Positions 59,357-64,000 of a DNA stretch of 64,000 nucleotides are shown piece after piece. The stretch lies in the IMG/VR virus record IMGVR_UViG_2630968701_000003; one strand, given 5' to 3'. Both the position numbers and the translations under genes were made by a program. Positions within the stretch are counted from its first letter, which is position 1; each line of letters begins with the position of its first letter. The notes under the pieces are model-generated. The model saw only the letters and a list, made by a program, of their open reading frames with translations, was not told the DNA's origin and did no database searches. The stretch is from an uncultured virus (IMG/VR IMGVR_UViG_2630968701_000003) (taxonomy: Duplodnaviria; Heunggongvirae; Uroviricota; Caudoviricetes).

Positions 59357-60130
59357 ATGATTAAGAATTGGGAACTAAAAATTAAAGAAAATAAATCAAC
59401 GCTGATCATTAATGATTGGGGTGTAAAATCCGATGATATTATAGATCTAGCAAGACACCTTGTGATTAAATTTCATTTTGATAAATTATATATCAATTAT
59501 GAAAATACTGGCAAAATCATACATTGTGCGTTAAAAGACAATGATCCAATAAATAAGTGTTTAACGATGAATTGTGGTATGAAAGCTTCAATCATAAAAT
59601 ATCGATCACATAATGACATTGATATTCAATTTGAAGATGGTACAATCATTAAGCATCGGGATTTTAGAGATTTTTGTAAAGGAAAAATAGCGAATCCTAA
59701 TCTGAGCAAAAGAAAATCATGGGAAGATGTTAGGATTACAAATATTCAATGGGATGCATCCGATGATGTTATGGCAGGATTGCCTGATAAGGTTAATGCT
59801 TTAGATCTTAATATTAATTTATCTCAGTATGATACAAACGAAGATTTGGATTACAACGAAGATTTCTTATATGGGGTTTCAGAGGCTCTATCAGAAAAAT
59901 ATGGTTTCTGTCATGATGGTTTCGAGCTTGAAATCAGCATGGGAAAAATGGAGTCAAAAATTGTTGGAATCATCAATCAATTCGGAGAAAATGACTTCTC
60001 TTATTGGACAGGATTCTGTTTGAATGATGAAGAACAGAAACAGATTGAAGAAATTCTTCATCGACACGATACAGAGGGATGCTCTATAAGAGGTACCAGA
60101 AGTGATATTTCCAATGAAATAAAAGAATGA
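59357..60130 (+). CDS. hypothetical protein
   Basis: AAGGAG RBS; internal MNCGMKA.II.YR...DIDIQFEDG module. Confidence 0.7.
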   Translation: MIKNWELKIKENKSTLIINDWGVKSDDIIDLARHLVIKFHFDKLYINYENTGKIIHCALKDNDPINKCLTMNCGMKASIIKYRSHNDIDIQFEDGTIIKHRDFRDFCKGKIANPNLSKRKSWEDVRITNIQWDASDDVMAGLPDKVNALDLNINLSQYDTNEDLDYNEDFLYGVSEALSEKYGFCHDGFELEISMGKMESKIVGIINQFGENDFSYWTGFCLNDEEQKQIEEILHRHDTEGCSIRGTRSDISNEIKE

Positions 60131-60157
60131 TAGTTTTTTAAAATTAGGAGGGAAACA

Positions 60158-60478
60158 ATGATTGAACAAAAAAATGAGTGGTTAGTTGTAGTGTGGAATG
60201 ATGGCATCAGTCAGTTCTTTATTGAACGGCTCACTGCAACAGAAGAAGAGATTAAGAGGTATCTTTTATCGTTAATTGAAGATGATAAAAAATTATCACA
60301 AGAAACGTGCAATGATTGCACAGACAGTATTGATGGAATTGGAAGCTATGAAGAACCCGTTACAGAAGGTTTTATGGCGTTTCATGCGTATGCTTCTTTT
60401 GATACATATCATATCGAGTATGAAGCACGTCCATTAAATAAGATTAAAGATGCAACAGAAATGATAGAAGAATTATAA
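60158..60478 (+). CDS. hypothetical protein
   Basis: AGGAGG RBS. Confidence 0.7.
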   Translation: MIEQKNEWLVVVWNDGISQFFIERLTATEEEIKRYLLSLIEDDKKLSQETCNDCTDSIDGIGSYEEPVTEGFMAFHAYASFDTYHIEYEARPLNKIKDATEMIEEL

Positions 60479-60499
60479 GAAATTAAAAGGAGAGTAACC

Positions 60500-60757
60500 A
60501 TGGTTAAAATTTTTCAAAAAGAATTACCAGCTGATTGTGAGAAGGCAATAAGAGAACTAATAAAACTAAAAGTATATATTGTTATGGATGATGACAGAAT
60601 TGAAAATTTCTCTGATGTTTGGTGGAAAGTGCAACATGAGTGCGATATGTATGAAGAAAAGCAAGATAGTAACGAGTTGACTTATCAAAGTTACGTTGGT
60701 GCCAAAAACTGGTTAAGTAAATGGGAAAAACTTTATATTAAATACAATGACAAATAA
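60500..60757 (+). CDS. hypothetical protein
   Basis: AAGGAG RBS. Confidence 0.7.
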   Translation: MVKIFQKELPADCEKAIRELIKLKVYIVMDDDRIENFSDVWWKVQHECDMYEEKQDSNELTYQSYVGAKNWLSKWEKLYIKYNDK

Positions 60758-61277
60758 AAAATTTGGAGTTGGGAGGTCGATTAAAGTGGAAACAAAAGAT
60801 TTAATCAAAGAATTAAGAATTTTAGAAAAATCTTCCAAGTTAGGTGAACAGGCGTGTATTTGTGGAGAAGCTGCAAATCGCTTAGAAGAATTACTGCAGG
60901 AAATTGAAATTTCGCGAAGATTAGAAAAAAGTGAGAATCACAAAGAAAATGATGATCGTAAGCAATTACTTTCTAAGAATAAAAAGAAAATGGAAGTAAA
61001 GAAAAATGTGCTGAAGCCTCTTCAATCATTTTTGAAGTCAGGAAGAAAAATTTATATTACGGGTTTCGACTATGATGAAATGTCTTATGTGTTGGATATT
61101 GATGATAAATATTTGAATGATTTTGTCGGAGATTACACTGTTTTTGATTTAATGATTTTAGATGCCAATACATATATCGCACAACTCAATTTTTCCTATT
61201 TTATTTTAAGAACATGGAAGAGTAAATATCACTGTAAAGAAGTAAAGTATTCGTTAGAAGAAAAAGGATTGTTATAA
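60747..61277 (+). CDS. hypothetical protein, paralog of 17103-17633
   Basis: LKPLQSF..KIYITGF..YIAQLNFSYFILRTW. Confidence 0.7.
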   Translation: MTNKKFGVGRSIKVETKDLIKELRILEKSSKLGEQACICGEAANRLEELLQEIEISRRLEKSENHKENDDRKQLLSKNKKKMEVKKNVLKPLQSFLKSGRKIYITGFDYDEMSYVLDIDDKYLNDFVGDYTVFDLMILDANTYIAQLNFSYFILRTWKSKYHCKEVKYSLEEKGLL

Positions 61278-61312
61278 AGATTCAAAGCAAAAAATAACAG
61301 GAGGAAAAAATC

Positions 61313-61750
61313 ATGAAGATTAATAAAAAAGAGCTTATCGTTGGAAATACGGCTTATGTTGTAACAAAGAAATACGATCCAAATCAAACAAAGCAGGTAT
61401 ATCACATTGATCCGGTTGAAATTAAAAAAATTGGTCGTAAATATATTACGGTTACCGTACAATACTGGGATCAGGAATTTTGCTTAAAAGATGACGGAGT
61501 CATTTACGAATTTGCTTTAAAAAATAAAACAAGCGGAGCAAATGATGTATTGTGTTTGTCTGAAGAAGATGCGAAAAAGCATATCTTAAAACAAAATCTT
61601 TTGATGGAATTTCGAAATAAGAGATTCTATGAAAATGACTGCAATCTGGATCAATTGCTACTTATGAAAGCAGGATATCATTACGATCCAACAGGTCCAA
61701 TGGCAGAACATTGGCAGAAGATTTTGGAATATGAGAAAGGTAATTATTAA
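61313..61750 (+). CDS. hypothetical protein
   Basis: AGGAGG RBS. Confidence 0.7.
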   Translation: MKINKKELIVGNTAYVVTKKYDPNQTKQVYHIDPVEIKKIGRKYITVTVQYWDQEFCLKDDGVIYEFALKNKTSGANDVLCLSEEDAKKHILKQNLLMEFRNKRFYENDCNLDQLLLMKAGYHYDPTGPMAEHWQKILEYEKGNY

Positions 61751-61810
61751 TTGTTATGCAGGACAGGGAAACTTCCTTGTCCTGTATTGTTAAAAAGAAA
61801 GGAAAATCAA

Positions 61811-62158
61811 ATGAAAAGAAACGACAAGATATACAATTTAAGAGGATTTTGTAACGTGCAAGATGACTGTTCGAAATGCAGATTAGATGCATTAACAGAC
61901 AATTGTGACTTCGATGAACTGCCAGATAAAAAGATCGATCAATTATACAAGATCGTTGAAAAGATAATCCATAAAGGCACAGAAGAGCTCACAGGTGTCG
62001 TAAAAGATGTCAACAAAGGGGCCAAAACAGTAACAAGTATTCTGGAAGAAATCAAAAAAGAAATGTGCGATGAATATTGCGTGCATGCAAAATTAACACC
62101 AAATTTTCAAAAGGAAGCAGAAGAAGCATGTAACAGATGTCCACTAAATAAATTGTAA
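61811..62158 (+). CDS. hypothetical Cys-rich protein
   Basis: AAAGGA RBS before ATG 61811; CxxC clusters at both ends. Confidence 0.6.
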   Translation: MKRNDKIYNLRGFCNVQDDCSKCRLDALTDNCDFDELPDKKIDQLYKIVEKIIHKGTEELTGVVKDVNKGAKTVTSILEEIKKEMCDEYCVHAKLTPNFQKEAEEACNRCPLNKL

Positions 62159-62170
62159 AAGGAGAAAATC

Positions 62171-62433
62171 ATGAATATCAAACTGATCACAGAAAAATTA
62201 AAATCACCCGAATATGACTTTTTGAAAACGACATTCTTAAATGTGGAAGTTGTACAGTTGTTCATTGGAACGAGAAGTATGCATCTTGGACACTTACAAG
62301 AAAAGGTTGGGTATATGATCACTTTTTTGGAGAAGCAGAAGATCCAGAAGATTGTATAGTTGTAGGAAATATTTTTGACAATCCACAGTTGAAAAAGAAG
62401 TATGGTAAAGATTGGGAGGAAGAACACAAATGA
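62171..62433 (+). pseudogene. chimeric remnant: short N-terminal fragment followed out of frame by a YopX-like C-terminus
   Basis: alternative frame reads WNEKYASW..CIVVGNIFDNPQL, the YopX terminal motif (VxGNIxDNPEL). Confidence 0.5.
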
Positions 62434-62963
62434 TCAAGACAAGATATAAAATACAGGAATATTTTTCAAAAGAAACAAAAATCCATTGCAACAGAGTAGA
62501 ACAATACACGAAAGCAATGGCAGAAGAATTAGGGCTGTCTGCATACGACACAAAGATGTTAACGGTTGCAGCAAGATATCATGATATTGGGAAATATTAC
62601 ATTCCAGAAAAGATTCTGAATGCACCAAGACCATTAACAGGATTGGAACGTAAAGTCATTGATATGCACGCATACTATGGATATGAAGCTTGCATGGAAT
62701 ATGGGTTTGAAAAAGATATTTGTGAATTAATATTACTGCATCATGGTACACACAAATATCGTACGCTGACAGATGAACAGATCAGCGATTTTGCAAAAGA
62801 ATATTTTCAAATCTTAATGGCAGCTGATATTTATGATGCATTGATAAGTGACAGGGTGTATCGTAGAGCAGTTGATCATGATCGAGCATTGGATATCGTT
62901 GCAGAAAATCCAGAGATTAAGCGATGGGTGTTTCTTGCATTAGAAAAAATTTCACTATGTTAG
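62430..62963 (+). CDS. HD / HD-GYP-like phosphohydrolase
   Basis: HCNRV..AARYHDIGK..IPEKILNAP..H..HH..ADIYDALISDRVYR. Confidence 0.88.
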   Translation: MIKTRYKIQEYFSKETKIHCNRVEQYTKAMAEELGLSAYDTKMLTVAARYHDIGKYYIPEKILNAPRPLTGLERKVIDMHAYYGYEACMEYGFEKDICELILLHHGTHKYRTLTDEQISDFAKEYFQILMAADIYDALISDRVYRRAVDHDRALDIVAENPEIKRWVFLALEKISLC

Positions 62964-62965
62964 GG

Positions 62966-63146
62966 TTGAGATACTGCTCACAACATGATATAATAAAATT
63001 GTATTTTTATCAGACTTTAGAATATAGGAAAATTCTGAACATTTTTAAGAATCAAGTCAATAGAAAATTATCAATCATGGGTATAAATTAAGCAGATATA
63101 TGGTATCTGTTTATTTTTATACCCTTTTTTATTTTAAGGAAAGGAG
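62966..63146 (+). promoter_or_regulatory. promoter + structured leader, copy E
   Basis: TTGAGA-17-TATAAT with TG; gggtataaa..gcagata..tatctgt..tttataccc, T-run, AAAGGAG. Confidence 0.72.
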
Positions 63147-63227
63147 ATTTAAAAAATATATTAAATTGAAAAAAATCATTGAAACAGACAAAAAGTCTGT
63201 TTTTTTTATTTACGAAAGGAGATTTTT

Positions 63228-64000
63228 ATGTTTAAAGAAGCAACAATTCAAGGAAAGATTTCAGGTCCAGTGATGATCGTATCTGTTACACAGAAACAGA
63301 CCAGAACTTCAAAACCCTATTTGATCTTAAAATTAAGAGATGATCAGAAGAAAGAGGTAGATGCCAAGTTATGGAATATGTCAGTTGAAGAATTTCCATT
63401 TGATAAGAATACTGTGATCATCGGTGAATTTTCTGTTGGAGAATACAACGGGCAGAAAGATTTTACACTGGATATGTACAGAGAAGCTTTGGAATCTGAG
63501 TACAGAATGGAAGATTTCATCAATGCAGCACCTTACAGTCCGCAAAAAATGTATGAGTATATCTTACAGATTGCAGATCAAACAGTACTTGATGATGTTT
63601 ATCTTGCTATCATTCATAATATTTATGAGAAGTACAAAGAACAGATTTTTATCTGGTCTGCTGCCAAAGCAGTACATCATAACATTCGATCTGGATTTTT
63701 GTATCATACATTCCGTATGGTTCAGAGTGGAATTGCACTTGGAAAGGTGTATGGGCAAGCCTTAAATCACAGTTTATTGTTAACCGGCATTATCTTACAT
63801 GATGTTGGAAAGTTAAAAGAATTATATACAGATCCTACAGGAAATGCCGATTATACTCCGGAAGGAAGTTTGCTTGGACATTTACTGATTGGATGTGAAA
63901 TGATCGATGAAGCTTGCAATAAATTAGATCTTCAAAATGATGAGAATAAAGATAAGATTTTACTTTTAAAACACTTATTAGCATCTCATCACGGCAAGCA
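63228..64000 (+). CDS. yhaM: YhaM/Cbf1-family 3'-5' exoribonuclease (OB + HD), runs off window end; absent from ORF track
   Basis: own translation: KPYLILKLRD..DAKLW, AAKAVHH..GFLYHT, ILHDVGKLKE, EGSLLGH, ASHHG. Confidence 0.85.
   Translation, partial: MFKEATIQGKISGPVMIVSVTQKQTRTSKPYLILKLRDDQKKEVDAKLWNMSVEEFPFDKNTVIIGEFSVGEYNGQKDFTLDMYREALESEYRMEDFINAAPYSPQKMYEYILQIADQTVLDDVYLAIIHNIYEKYKEQIFIWSAAKAVHHNIRSGFLYHTFRMVQSGIALGKVYGQALNHSLLLTGIILHDVGKLKELYTDPTGNADYTPEGSLLGHLLIGCEMIDEACNKLDLQNDENKDKILLLKHLLASHHGK

Noticed and set aside
915..63758. Numerous minus-strand and nested ORFs in the track
   Set aside because: Shadow ORFs overlapping well-supported + strand genes, without RBS or motifs
1..64000. 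cas1/cas2/cas9/csn2, tRNA, rRNA, integrase or virion genes
   Set aside because: None recognisable by eye in this window; they may lie outside it

Overview
AT-rich, almost entirely + strand region of a large extrachromosomal or integrated element (megaplasmid/ICE/large-phage-like, Bacillota/Lachnospiraceae-type gene content; this assignment is inference). The standout is in the first 17 kb. Seven intergenic mini-CRISPR arrays carry type II-like 35-36 nt repeats (GTTTTAG/GTTTTG...) and almost uniformly 30-nt spacers. Each array has its own repeat sequence. In each, the last repeat is fused directly to a ~75-80 nt tracrRNA-like tail (anti-repeat, TAAAAAT lower stem, AAGA..TCG nexus, two 3' hairpins), giving naturally encoded single-guide-RNA-like cassettes. 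The anti-repeats co-vary with their own repeats, repeats decay toward the 5' end, two orphan tails remain, and no cas gene is recognisable in the window. Other content: a secY-secE-secA operon; a coiled-coil/McrB(NxD)/DUF2357-McrC restriction locus (CoCoNuT-like); four paralogous 'DRNFY' membrane proteins; a large secreted DUF6273-lipase-Ig protein; dnaX, dnaN, UvrD/PcrA, topoisomerase III and SSB; an Rpn nuclease; a methylase-SNF2 helicase fusion; HD proteins and YhaM; many small hypotheticals; and five copies of a conserved promoter plus structured leader.
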